The notes beneath the pieces are model-generated. The model was not told where the DNA came from. It saw only the letters and a list, made by a program, of their open reading frames with translations, and ran no database searches. The position numbers and the translations under genes are program-made. From a virus (lineage: Duplodnaviria > Caudoviricetes): a stretch of DNA of 55,071 nt. Positions within the stretch are counted from its first letter, which is position 1, and the number at the start of each line of letters is the position of its first letter. Shown here piece by piece: positions 7,755-18,612 of this stretch. The stretch covers positions 1 to 55,071 of the IMG/VR virus record IMGVR_UViG_3300005613_003983, one strand, 5' to 3'.

Positions 7755-9475
7755 TAGCCTGACAGAGTGGCTGAGCAATCGGCCACTCTGATGAGGTTTT
7801 TATCAAAGGGGGTGAAATTACCATATCTAAATACAAAAAATTTACAGAAGATGAGATTAAAGAGGTTTTAACAGATAGATGTCGGCACGGTTTACCAAGA
7901 ACATTCTGTTACCGATGGTTTAAAACTGTCGGACAATGGCAAAAAGCAATCTATCCTAGCAAATTACGCAAAGAATTATAGGATAAATCAAAAAGACGAT
8001 TTACCCCTATACAAAGTAACGATATTAGGTATAAAAGCATAAAATTACTAAAATAATTATGAGATATTTTATGAGTGATGATATTAAAAAAATAAACATA
8101 GAAAGTATTTTTAACCCCTCTTTTACCTCTTCTTTTAATCACTCCTCAAGTAAGTCTTATTGTCTTTATAATAAAAAAAGGCATATCAGAAAAATAAAAC
8201 AAAATATTCGGGACATTGGTTTATCTCTGCTTATGATTACATTATTTACACTATTCTTCGGGTATAACCTATTGCGGGGTATTGATAGATATTACGAAAA
8301 TCAAGACAAAATGTTCTGCAAATCGGCTTTAGTTAGCAAAAACAAGGAATATCTTAACAAATGTCAATGCTTTTACAAGGGGGGTGATATAAATTGCATA
8401 CATTAACAAAAAATGACTCATTAACAGAGTATAGACTGTCTAAAGAACCTAAATCATTACGACGACTGGCTTGGATTTTAGAAATGAAACGAAGCGTTCC
8501 CTATTGGAACTCACGAAATGTCAACAGAACAAGACGGTGGCTAAATATCAAAAGAGATAAACAAATTATATTACTAAAAAATGAAGGATTATCTCTGGAA
8601 AATATATTTGCTTTTGTCAAAAAATATAAGTTAGTCATCGAAATGTGCAAAAACTAGGAGCTTAACTTAATTCCCTAATCAATTAGGGAATTAGGACTAA
8701 TCTCTTACGAGAGGGGGTGACACATTATGAAAACAATCAATCTCTATATTAAACACAATTACGGTGCTGAATATGCCTATGTCAAAGACGAAAAAATGGC
8801 AAAACCGATCCGACAACTAACTGGACAAAAAACTGTTAGTCGAGGGCATATTAAAGCTCTAAAAGATTTAGGGTTTAATTTTAGAATAGTTACAAATACC
8901 GACATTATTGGATAAACAAGTCTTTTTACGAATGGGGGTGACAAAATTATGAGAAAAATAACTCAAAAAGAACTAATTCAAAACGAAGGATGTAGCAAAT
9001 ACTTATTAAAAAAAATCAAAAATCATGCTTTAAACAGTTTTTTTAGATTGAATGCTAAAACTGCTGATTGTTATGCTTTTGACATATCAAAAAATGATTG
9101 GTGCGGTGGTTGGGATTGGTCAACAATGTTAGTTGATTCTGAAGCAAAGTATCTTTTTATGTTAAAAGATAAAACTTTCTATCTTGCTTAAAGGAAGGAG
9201 GTAATTCTTATGATGGGAGCATTATACCCAACTAAAAAAGCATTAAAAGCTTGCGTCGGTCAGAGTTTGCGGTATCAAGAAACATCGATGTTTGGTGCTG
9301 AATACAAAAGAAATGGCAGTTTTTGTGTAGTCGGACCAAATCCGATAGAACGAAAATGGTTTGCTGAGGTAACAATGAAAAATGGCTTAATCGCAAAAGT
9401 CAGTTAGAGCTTAACAGAGTGAACAATCACTTGTTCACTCTAATGAATTTCTAACGAAAGGGGGTGACAACTATA

Positions 9476-10045
9476 ATGAATGATTACCAAAAAGAACAAA
9501 ACAAAAAAAGGCAAGAGTTATTAAAAACAGTTAAGAGCTTTACTAACGAAGCGGTCAAGTTAGAGGGCGGAGACAGTATGGCTGTTAAAATAACTAAAGA
9601 TTTTCCTATTTATATCAGAGGCAAGAACTTTAATAATCAATATACTTTTAGTTTATGGCATAAATTAAAATATATTACCCATTCTGATAGGAACAGAGTG
9701 GAGGAAAAATACCAAAAGCCTAATAATATAGGAGTAATGAACGCCAAAAAACTTGAAGCCTGGGTTAAGTATTTAAAATTGATATATCTTGACTTGTGTC
9801 AATTAAGTAAAGACAAACAAAACAAGGTCGATACCTTTATGACTAAGGTTAAAAAGATAAAAGACCTAAAATTAGGCGGTTACAACCTTAGTGAGGGCGA
9901 GTTTAGAGGAACTCTTGTCAAGGGCGGTTTAGACTATAGCTTTGAAATTAACAGGAGTGGCTATATTAACGAAAAAATAGAAGTCCACTATGCAACTGAT
10001 GAAACTCTTGAGAACTTTTTAAAGTTGGCAGACAACAAGCTTTAA
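9476..10045 (+). CDS. Hypothetical early protein
   Basis: GAAAGGGGGTGAC RBS then ATG 9476; long open frame. Confidence 0.7.
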   Translation: MNDYQKEQNKKRQELLKTVKSFTNEAVKLEGGDSMAVKITKDFPIYIRGKNFNNQYTFSLWHKLKYITHSDRNRVEEKYQKPNNIGVMNAKKLEAWVKYLKLIYLDLCQLSKDKQNKVDTFMTKVKKIKDLKLGGYNLSEGEFRGTLVKGGLDYSFEINRSGYINEKIEVHYATDETLENFLKLADNKL

Positions 10046-11104
10046 AAAGATTTAGAGCTTCACAGAGTGAACAAATAATTGTTCACTCTAATGAATCTTT
10101 AAAGAATGAACTAATTCAAGAAATTAAAAAGAAAGGAGGTAATGAACTATGACATCATTAAGTCTTAACAAAAAAGCACAGGTCAAATTGGGTATGGGTG
10201 GTGAGTATCTAGAATTGAATATCTTTGGATTAACCAAAGAAGAAATGAAAAAACTCTCCAGTCTTTCAAAAGGACATTTAAAACTAGACAAAGGAAATAA
10301 AGATACAAGCATTAAATGGTTGGCGGGATTAGCAAGAGTAGTATTTTTCAAAGATTAGAATTTAACAAAGCTTCTAACTAGTTTGGGGGCTTTGATTAGA
10401 TTTTAAGAAAGGAGGCTAACAATGAATGAAGGCATAGTCATAGGAATGGACGTTTTAACAATGACTGCTAGAGTAAGACTTAATGCAGAAACAATAAAAA
10501 GTATTAAAGCAGAAAGAATTTACAAAATGGGTGAAATTATTAAAATCTCACAGGAAATCCCTTGGTATCTAAAGAAGCAAATAATCAAAAAAGACATCTG
10601 GGGTAATCCTATACCTATTCACGGAGAGAGGATTGCTTAGAAAGGAGGCGGTAGTATGTATAAAAAAACAGAAGAACAACTAGAAGCAGAAATTATTGAC
10701 GAACTAATAAGAATGAAACGCTTTTGGCAAAAGCCAACGAGCTATAAAAATCATACCAAAAAATCCCTTGTTGATATGATTGGCTATGACCTAACAAGGA
10801 TTATGCTTGCTGTTAATGATTTAAAAGAAAGGAGGAAAAAATGAAAGTCAATAAAAAAGAAATGAGATATATTGACGAAATCTTAGAACTTATTGATAAC
10901 AGAGACGAATTCACACGAAGCGACCTTCAAGGTATAGTTGGAGCGTTAGTAAAAAAAATTATTGAGGAACAACGGAAAGTTTAATAATAAAGAAAACAGC
11001 TAATCATTTTACAAGTTTTTTAACTCTGGCTAGAGGTTAAGAGGCTGACTAAGCTGATTATACATTATTAGCACATTAAAAACTCGATCAGAAAAGGAAC
11101 AAAA

Positions 11105-11521
11105 ATGACAAGTGCAGCTATGGCAGCTAAAGCTATTCGAGAAGAATTGAAAATTAAATTTCCTAATATAAAATTCAAAGTTAGGAGTCAAAATTACTCA
11201 AATGGCAATTCAGTCAATATCAGTTATAAAAACGCCATTCCTGAGGACAAAATAGAAGCTATTGTTAATAAGTATCAATACGGCAATTTCAATGGCATGA
11301 TTGATCTATACGAAATGACCAATGATCGAAAAGATATTCCACAAGCGAAATATATTTTTGTCAATAGAGAAATCGATCAAGATATTCTTGACACTAAAAA
11401 ACTAGAAATTGCCAAAAAGTATGGCATAGAAAATCCCGATGATAATATGGAATGGCTAAAAAAATTCAATCAATACTCTGAGCAAATAGTCTGGAAAGAA
11501 GTATCAAAAATGACTATTTAA
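11105..11521 (+). CDS. LPD29-like (large polyvalent protein-associated) domain protein
   Basis: AAKAIREELK..FP..KFKVRS..YS.G.SV.I...KYQYG.FNGM.D.YE pattern. Confidence 0.6.
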   Translation: MTSAAMAAKAIREELKIKFPNIKFKVRSQNYSNGNSVNISYKNAIPEDKIEAIVNKYQYGNFNGMIDLYEMTNDRKDIPQAKYIFVNREIDQDILDTKKLEIAKKYGIENPDDNMEWLKKFNQYSEQIVWKEVSKMTI

Positions 11522-13460
11522 TCCTTCATAATCTCTTCAAGTTTGATCGAGGCTTGAAGAGATGATTAAGAGATTAAAGGAAGGAGGTGAAAAATATGAG
11601 AAAACTAAAAAAGTTTATTGATAGATTGAAAAGAGCTTGGGATTTAGCTAAGAAAATAAAGATAATTAGAAATAATGCTACTGGTATTGATGAGATATGG
11701 TTTGACAGAACAAAAAAAGCCAATAGAGGAATTTGTAGCTCTTATTGTAGAATTGCTTAGAAAGGTGGTGATATTTTATGAATGACGAAACCTATGAAGC
11801 ATTAAAAAGAGTAGTTAAAAAAACTAGAAATCTACTTAATACAAAATACGGACATAGAAAACGACTAAAATCAAATGAGGTATGGGAAAAAGCTGTCTTG
11901 ATTAAAGATATTAGGCAAGTAGAAAACTGGATTGACGAAACAGCTAAAGAACATAACTAATTAAATTATAACAGAGAGGTGGTGATAATATGAAAACCTA
12001 TATTCTCAAAAGTAACTATGAATATGAAATTCAAGCCAATAGTAAAGACGAAGCTCTTGAAAAGTGGAACGAAATAATTGAAGAGGAATTAGGATCTACT
12101 AATCAGGGTCTTTTGAATGTGCTTTGCGAAAGTTTGTATGCTAAAGAAATATAAAGAAAAGAAAGGAGTTAGAAACTAATATCTAGAATGAATAAAAACT
12201 ATTCTTCTAAAAGGGAGGTGATAAATTATGAGCAATAAATTAAATGCTGAAGATGAACTAGAAATTGCTACAGAGATGATGACTGAAGCACAATATGACG
12301 AATTTCTGAAAAGAGTGGAAAAGGCAGAAGGAAAAGAAGAATAAACATAAAAACTCACAAAAAGGAGGTGAAAAAAATGATTGACAGAGGCAGAGATGAA
12401 TATGGACAATTTGTTTCCTATCTTCCTCGATATTACGATCATCATAAATCTTATCTTGAGCTACACGATAATCATACTATCTGGGATTTAGAAAATGAAA
12501 ATAAAACAGACGAGGAGTATCTTGTGCTAGTAGAAGAAGCTGTTCAGTTTTTTGAATTAAGAACAGAAACACCCTTGTTTCTCTTAGGTAGGTCAGGAAG
12601 ACACGTTTGTGTAGAGGATAATTATAAAAACAGCAAAAGGTATCAATGGTTAAAAAGGGTAGCTTTAGAATTAGAACAAAATATGATTGATACTTTTAAT
12701 ACGAAATAAGAACTTCATTGGCAAGATAAGTATACCTTGTCTTGCTAAATGAATCCCTTATGAAAGGAGGTTATTATGAAAAAATATATTAACGGTTTGT
12801 CAGGAGAAGAAGAACATTTAGCATTAAAGATGTTAAATAAAAAAGAGATGACAGAAGAACAAAAAGACTTCTTGAAAAGATTAGAAGAATTTTTCAAGTG
12901 GAACTGCAGTAAAAGTGAAATGGATGATAGAGCAATGATTTTGAATCAATTATTAGAAGAATTAACAAATTATTAAAAAACATTAATAGAGAGGGGGTGA
13001 AAAACATGACAAGAGGAAAATTTGTCTTAATAACTAAAAAGCAGGTTTATATTAGCACAGAATTCAATGGCGATATGTATCCTGAATATCATGGCAAAGA
13101 TGTTTATAGACGATTATTAAAGGTAAAAAATTTAGCAGATTTAACCAGAGAAGTTAAAGACTTTAATAAACAAAACTTTAATTACAAAGAAAAGCTCATA
13201 AATGAGAGAAGTCTTAAATGGTTAAAGAAAACTAAGGATTTTAATTGGAGATACTTTGATAATTGGTTCAGTGACTGGCTCTATATTAAAAATCTTTCGG
13301 GTGAAGATATTACCTTCATATTGGATAAAAGCAAAAAAGATAGACTTGTGCTTAATGGAGAAACAGTTGCTTTTTATTTTGGTCGAAATCCTAATAAAAA
13401 GGAAAAAGAGCATCTTATGCATATAGTCTAAAAAAGTCTAAAAAAGAGGAGGTGATATTT

Positions 13461-13625
13461 ATGGAAATTACCAAAGAAGATTTTGAGAGCTATAAAAGGG
13501 TAAGAGACTCTGGGGTAACTAATATGTTTAATGTTAAAAAAGTTGGCGAGCTTTCAGGATTGGAGAAAAAGACGATACTTGAGATAATGAAAAACTATGC
13601 AACTTTAGAGAAAAACTATGCATAA
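13461..13625 (+). CDS. DUF5049-like small protein
   Basis: VRDSGVTNMF motif; GAGGAGGTGA RBS. Confidence 0.55.
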   Translation: MEITKEDFESYKRVRDSGVTNMFNVKKVGELSGLEKKTILEIMKNYATLEKNYA

Positions 13626-13699
13626 GTAGTCTGACAGTAGAGGTTTGTCTAAGGCGGATAAACCTCTACTGATGAGATTATTTAGAGAGGAGGTGAATT

Positions 13700-14197
13700 A
13701 TGCTAGATTTCATAGCTGGAAATATACAGGCTAAAAGAGCTTTATCAATCGCTCTCGACGGTAAACATTCTATTAAGTTTATAGGAAATGAAGAGGCTAA
13801 ACAATTTGCAGATTTTGCTAAAAAACAAAGCATAGAGGCTTATGCTTTTAAGCCTTGTCTTTGTGGTAATTTTGGAAGTTCAACAAAATCTTGTAGTTGT
13901 AAGCCTGAAGAAATAGCCGAGGTTCAAAGGAAAATTGCTTTAACTCCTACAGACTTAACTGTGGAAACGACTAGACCACAAGTAAAAAAAGCAATGATAG
14001 TTCTTGCTAAAGAGTTTAAAAACTTAAATCCAGAAGTATTAGCTCTTTTAAATAATGCTTATAGTCAAATGAATCTTGAAATGTATGAAGCAAGGCAGAT
14101 ATTAAGGGTTGCTAAAACTATAAGTAAGTTGAATCAAAATTCAAGAATTGAGACTTGTGATTTAGCTGAGGCTTTACAGTATAGACCAAAGTCTTAA
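13700..14197 (+). CDS. Internally deleted ComM/YifB (Mg-chelatase-like) homolog without ATPase core
   Basis: G..QAKRAL.IA..G.H, PCLCG..G...CSC and ILRVAKTI...LAEALQYR match the YifB/ComM start, Cys cluster and C-terminus; no Walker A. Confidence 0.75.
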   Translation: MLDFIAGNIQAKRALSIALDGKHSIKFIGNEEAKQFADFAKKQSIEAYAFKPCLCGNFGSSTKSCSCKPEEIAEVQRKIALTPTDLTVETTRPQVKKAMIVLAKEFKNLNPEVLALLNNAYSQMNLEMYEARQILRVAKTISKLNQNSRIETCDLAEALQYRPKS

Positions 14198-14300
14198 TTC
14201 TTTTCTCTCTCTTTAAGAAATTAAAGAGAGGATAAAGAGTTAAAATAAAAGAGGTTTGAATAAATTTTAATAAAAGATAAGCCTAGTTAGAATTGAATGG

Positions 14301-14329
14301 TTGACTTTTGGAGTAGAATGATGTATAAT
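14301..14329 (+). promoter_or_regulatory. Sigma70-type promoter (conserved-spacer class)
   Basis: TTGACT-17-TATAAT. Confidence 0.8.
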
Positions 14330-15224
14330 ATATAGAGTTAAAAAAGGATTTTAAGAAAGGAGTAAGAAAATGAGAACAATAGGAAAAAGGAATGTCAATT
14401 TAGTTAAGAGGTTAACAAGAAAAGCTCTTGAAAAGAGAAAAATGCCGTGGGGTATAGTAGAAAGCTATCAAGGAATTGACAAGGAAATAATAGACGAGTT
14501 GCCTGTTAAATTGTGGGACACTTGGGAAATGGCTGACCAAGAAATTCGGAGAATTATAAATGACACGATTGGAGCTTATTGAAAGGAGGTAAAACTATGA
14601 AAGTTACAATAACTCATAAATGTAAAAAAAGAGCATACGAATATAAAACTATCAATCTTAATAAAACTGGATTGAAGGGTTGGGAAATATCTACAAGGTG
14701 GGGACAATATGGTCCTATAAATAATGTAAGAATTGATAAAGAAGGTAATATCTCCATTGTAGTAAGAAAAGAAATTAGTTAGAATTTAATGAGGAGAGGC
14801 TTGGGAAAACTCACAAACCTTTCCTGATAAGGTTCTAAATTAAAACTATGTGGCAAATTATAATTGAAATTATTTTGACATTAAAATCTTTTGATAGTTC
14901 TTTTTTTACAGGAATAGTTACTTTAGCCTATATCTACTACATGAGAAATGAGTATAAGGAACTAAAGCAAGAATTAAAACATCATGTGTCTGAGGCAAAA
15001 GAAAAAGAAGAGATAGAACAACCAGAGATTAAAGGGACACCAATTAGGTTTTATGCCCAAAAAGCTGGATATTTAATAGAAGAACATCGAGGCTCTTTCT
15101 TTGTGATGATAAGACCTAATGGAGAGAAAATGGATAAAGTATTTTACAATCTTAAAAAGGCTGAAGAAGAAATAAACACGATGATTCCTTTTTTTGAAGA
15201 AACTATAAAGAGAAAAAGATAAAA

Positions 15225-15425
15225 ATGGTTAAAAAGTATAGAGTTAAATCAGAAAGCGACCCTAATAAAGCATATATTGTTCATCATTATGTAGAAAAGA
15301 ATAAATTTATTTGTATGATAGAAGGAGAAAACAAACTTTGTCCAAGTTATGCTTTTGGTGGTAAAGGATTTCATTGTAAACACATTAAAAAGGTTATAAA
15401 GTATTTAAAGGAGGTTAAAAAATGA
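15225..15425 (+). CDS. SWIM-like zinc-finger protein
   Basis: Y.V.SES...Y.V...C...CP.Y.F...CKHI. Confidence 0.55.
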   Translation: MVKKYRVKSESDPNKAYIVHHYVEKNKFICMIEGENKLCPSYAFGGKGFHCKHIKKVIKYLKEVKK

Positions 15426-15571
15426 AAAAAGCAATTTTGATAGGATTTTTAACAGGTATGTTTGTAGGTTTATTCTTAGCGGGTATGTTTTGGAGTAGTA
15501 GGTATAGTTTGTTATATGGAGGATATTACAAGAGAGGAGAATTGATTAAATTGTTATTAAAGAGGTAAAGT

Positions 15572-15766
15572 ATGAAAAGTTTAAGAAAAATTACATATAG
15601 AAGTTATCAAAAAAGCTACGGAGATTATATTTATCCAGAATTGAGGATTACTGGTGATTTCTTAACTAAAAAGTATGGTTTGAAAATTGGAGATTATGTC
15701 AAAGTTCAATATTTAAAAGATAAAATTGTAATTAGAAAGGAGAAAAATGAAAAAACAACTCATTAA
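15572..15766 (+). CDS. SymE/AbrB-fold small protein
   Basis: YPELRITGDFL...GLKIGDYVKV resembles the SymE-family pattern. Confidence 0.55.
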   Translation: MKSLRKITYRSYQKSYGDYIYPELRITGDFLTKKYGLKIGDYVKVQYLKDKIVIRKEKNEKTTH

Positions 15767-16815
15767 AGAAATTGATAAAGAGATTAAAAATGATTTGAGT
15801 CAATGGAAAGAGTGGTATCCTTTAGTTTTTGAAGACCTTAATGTTAAAAGTGCAGTAGAAGTTTTAGATGGTCTTGAGGGTAGTGATGCGTATGATAACT
15901 GTTTCTTTTCTCAAGGATATATTTATGGGTTAAAGGAAGCTAAAAGAATAATAATGGAGTATAAGAAAAAATAATGATAAAAAACATGTCTAATGCAATT
16001 ATAAATATACCTGATAGACAAGACTTTTATAACCAACATCCTACTTTTGAAGTCTTAATAAAACAAGATGGTAAAACGATTTATCATAATAAGACTTATG
16101 CTGTAGTTATGAATTTAGTTCAATCAGTTACTAAATTAGACATAGAGACGGGAGAGATGGAGGGAGATTCACAAATTTTAGGAGTAGGTCATCCAATTAT
16201 ACAATTTTTTGCCTTAGACCAATTAAAAATAAAAATGAGAAAAGCAGGAATGATAGATAAAGCTATTACTATGTTGGCTCAACTTATTAAAAATCCTAAA
16301 TTAAAAAAGCAGTTATTAGAAATTATGAGAAAAGCGAGTATAAAAAAATGAAAATAAAAATAAGGCTAGGTAAATACATTTTTCAATTATATCCTATTGG
16401 AGAAAAAGACATACCAAAAAAATGGAGAGTTTTTACAAGACATAAAATCCTTGGATATGACCTTGCTGTTTGGGAAATTTAGAATAAGGAAAAGTAGTAT
16501 GAAAAAGCAAAGATTTTTTGTCATAAAGTCAAAAGATTACAGTACTCCTAAATTTTACTTTCAAGATTTAGATGGGGCAATGGAATTGTTTAAGTATTTA
16601 ATGACAGCAAAAGCTATAAATATTAAAAGTAAAGATGTTAAGAAAGTAAAAATAAAAGAAAGCTGGGATGATACTGATAGTTTCCATTATTTAACAGAAG
16701 AACCTGAATTTCATTTATCTTCTGAGATTAAAGAGATTTATACCTTAGAAGAAATTAAACAGATTGATAAGGATAGAAATAAACAGAGGAAAACATTAAA
16801 GAAAAGAGGTAAATA

Positions 16816-17028
16816 ATGAATAAACCTGTTGATAGACAAAATATTGATAATTTACCAAGTGAAGATAATTTTTGTTTTAAATGTGGAGGTTCATTAATGG
16901 TAATAGAAGATTATGATTTTGATGAAATGGGTTATGTGGATACAAGTTTCCTTGTTTGTGAGAAGTGTGGACAAGTTAATAATTGGAAAGAAAAAGAAAG
17001 ATGGTTGAAAAATGAAAATAGGAGATAG
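16816..17028 (+). CDS. Zinc-ribbon protein
   Basis: CFKCG...CEKCG. Confidence 0.55.
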   Translation: MNKPVDRQNIDNLPSEDNFCFKCGGSLMVIEDYDFDEMGYVDTSFLVCEKCGQVNNWKEKERWLKNENRR

Positions 17029-17452
17029 AGTAAAAATTAGAAATCATAGACAGGGGCAATGTGGAGAAGTTGGATGTGCATATTTTGAGCCCGACATGAT
17101 GAAATATATTGGGAAAATAGGAAAAATAACAAAGATTATAAAGTATGATAGAGTTAATATAGATTTAGATGATAAAAAATGGACTTGGAGTCGTTGTATG
17201 TTTGAAGAGGTTAAATCTATGAATACTAATAAACATATATATTGGGAATATGTTAATGGAAAGCATAAAAAGTTTTGGGCAGCCAAAATTTTTCAAGAAG
17301 AATCAAAGTATATTATTATAAGAAAATGGGGTAGGATAGGTAATGTCTCTCAAACAATAAGAAATGAATTTGACAATTTACATGAAGCTGAACAAGCACT
17401 AGAAAAACTTATTAGAAATAAAGAATATAAAGGTTATAAATCTGTATTTTAA
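17012..17452 (+). CDS. WGR-domain protein with an extra N-terminal domain
   Basis: KKFW...RKWGRIG...KLI..KE.KGY. Confidence 0.7.
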   Translation: MKIGDRVKIRNHRQGQCGEVGCAYFEPDMMKYIGKIGKITKIIKYDRVNIDLDDKKWTWSRCMFEEVKSMNTNKHIYWEYVNGKHKKFWAAKIFQEESKYIIIRKWGRIGNVSQTIRNEFDNLHEAEQALEKLIRNKEYKGYKSVF

Positions 17453-17845
17453 TGAAAAACAAGCAAGTTTCGTTGTTAGACGAGATAGATAGAAAAAAAA
17501 TTTTAGAAAATGAGGTTGATGATTTTGAGAAAGAAATGGATAGGATTAAAAATTTACCACATAAAGAATGGTGTAAACTATTTAAGTGTGAAGAATTTGA
17601 AACAGAATAAGTGAACTTAATAAAAAACAAAATGGAAATAGAAACATTTTTTAATTATAAGGGAAAAGACATTCTTGTTAAGAAAGAAGGGGAGATGTTT
17701 AAAATGGGAATGAGAAGTGAAAGAGGAATCATTATTTGGTTTAATGATGCGATGTATAATAATATTAAATTAGCCAAGACCAGCGGGAGAGAGTTTGTGC
17801 GTAATATTATCGACAAAGCAATCCATGCTGGCAGAAAGGATTAAA

Positions 17846-18544
17846 ATGAAAAAGCAAGATGACCCTTTAATAAAAATTAATTGGGGTAGATTAAAAAGGT
17901 ATTTGAACAATATTTTGAAGGGAATAATAAAATTGGGAGAGGTGATATTAAAAACAATACTTAAAATCTTAACCCTTCTTTTGAGAATGTTAATAGCTAT
18001 TTATAAAAGATTAAGTAAATTTGCTAAAAGCAAACAAAAAGGGTTTTGGATACTGTTTCTATTATTTGTCTTATTATTAAGTGTCTTTATTACTTTAGAA
18101 AGAGAAATAAAATATCGCAATTTTCTAATAGATGTAGAGAAGAATGAGCAAAAGTATAAAGAACTTTTAAATGATTATGTTAAATTAGATAATCAAGTCA
18201 AAGAAATAGAAGAAAAGTTAAAATCTCAATCTAACAATATAAGCAAACCTGTCGTTTTTGGTGTAGAGCCTTATAGATATTTGGTGGCTAAATATTTTCC
18301 ACCTAAACAGGTTGATAACGCTTTGGCTATTATGGCTTGTGAAAGTGGAGGTAATTATCAAGCAGTTAATTATAGTGATACAAAAAGAACGGGTTATCCT
18401 TCATGGGGTCTTTTCCAAATCAACGGACCCGATAATTGGAATTGGGATAACCCTGAAGAGAATGTTAGTAGGGCAGTAACTATATTTTATACTCGTGGTT
18501 GGCAAGCTTGGAAAAATTGTGCTAGGAATTTAGGATTGATTTAA
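17846..18544 (+). CDS. Membrane-anchored lytic transglycosylase (SLT-like)
   Basis: TM helix and coiled coil, then AIMACESGG, GLFQIN, GWQAW; AAAGGA RBS before ATG 17846. Confidence 0.8.
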   Translation: MKKQDDPLIKINWGRLKRYLNNILKGIIKLGEVILKTILKILTLLLRMLIAIYKRLSKFAKSKQKGFWILFLLFVLLLSVFITLEREIKYRNFLIDVEKNEQKYKELLNDYVKLDNQVKEIEEKLKSQSNNISKPVVFGVEPYRYLVAKYFPPKQVDNALAIMACESGGNYQAVNYSDTKRTGYPSWGLFQINGPDNWNWDNPEENVSRAVTIFYTRGWQAWKNCARNLGLI

Positions 18545-18552
18545 AATAAAGA

Positions 18553-18581
18553 TTGACTTTTGAGGTAAAATGGTGTATAAT
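18553..18581 (+). promoter_or_regulatory. Sigma70-type promoter (conserved-spacer class)
   Basis: TTGACT-17-TATAAT. Confidence 0.8.
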
Positions 18582-18612
18582 TAATATATTAGAGAATTAT
18601 GAAAGGAGAATT

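Larger units (their letters stand above)
7587..14197 (+). other. Early/host-takeover array of about 25 small genes
   Basis: Dense short ORFs with strong GGAGGTGA/GGGGGTGA RBSs: 7823, 8059, 8394, 8727, 8949, 9210, 9476, 10149, 10422, 10656, 10841..10984, 11105, 11596..11760, 11778, 11990..12154, 12228..12344, 12368, 12776, 12997, 13461, 13700. Confidence 0.75.
7756..14838 (+). repeat. Family of about 10 intercistronic stem-internal loop-stem hairpins
   Basis: Copies at 7756-7798, 8655-8707, 9403-9455, 10051-10103, 10355-10406, 11517-11578, 12706-12761, 13623-13684; weaker at 14194-14243 and 14779-14838. Confidence 0.85.
14370..17844 (+). other. Second cluster of small hypothetical genes
   Basis: Tightly packed ORFs at 14370, 14579, 14848, 15225, 15572, 15747, 15974, 16397, 16816, 17012 and 17611. 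Confidence 0.7.

Noticed and set aside
7788-7796. CTGATGA as a hammerhead ribozyme core (also at 13669)
   Set aside because: It sits within a simple hairpin; no correctly placed GAAA or three-way junction was found.
7756-14838. Early hairpins as a CRISPR array or intrinsic terminators
   Set aside because: Spacing is gene-sized, sequences vary, no cas genes are present, and most lack a U-tract.
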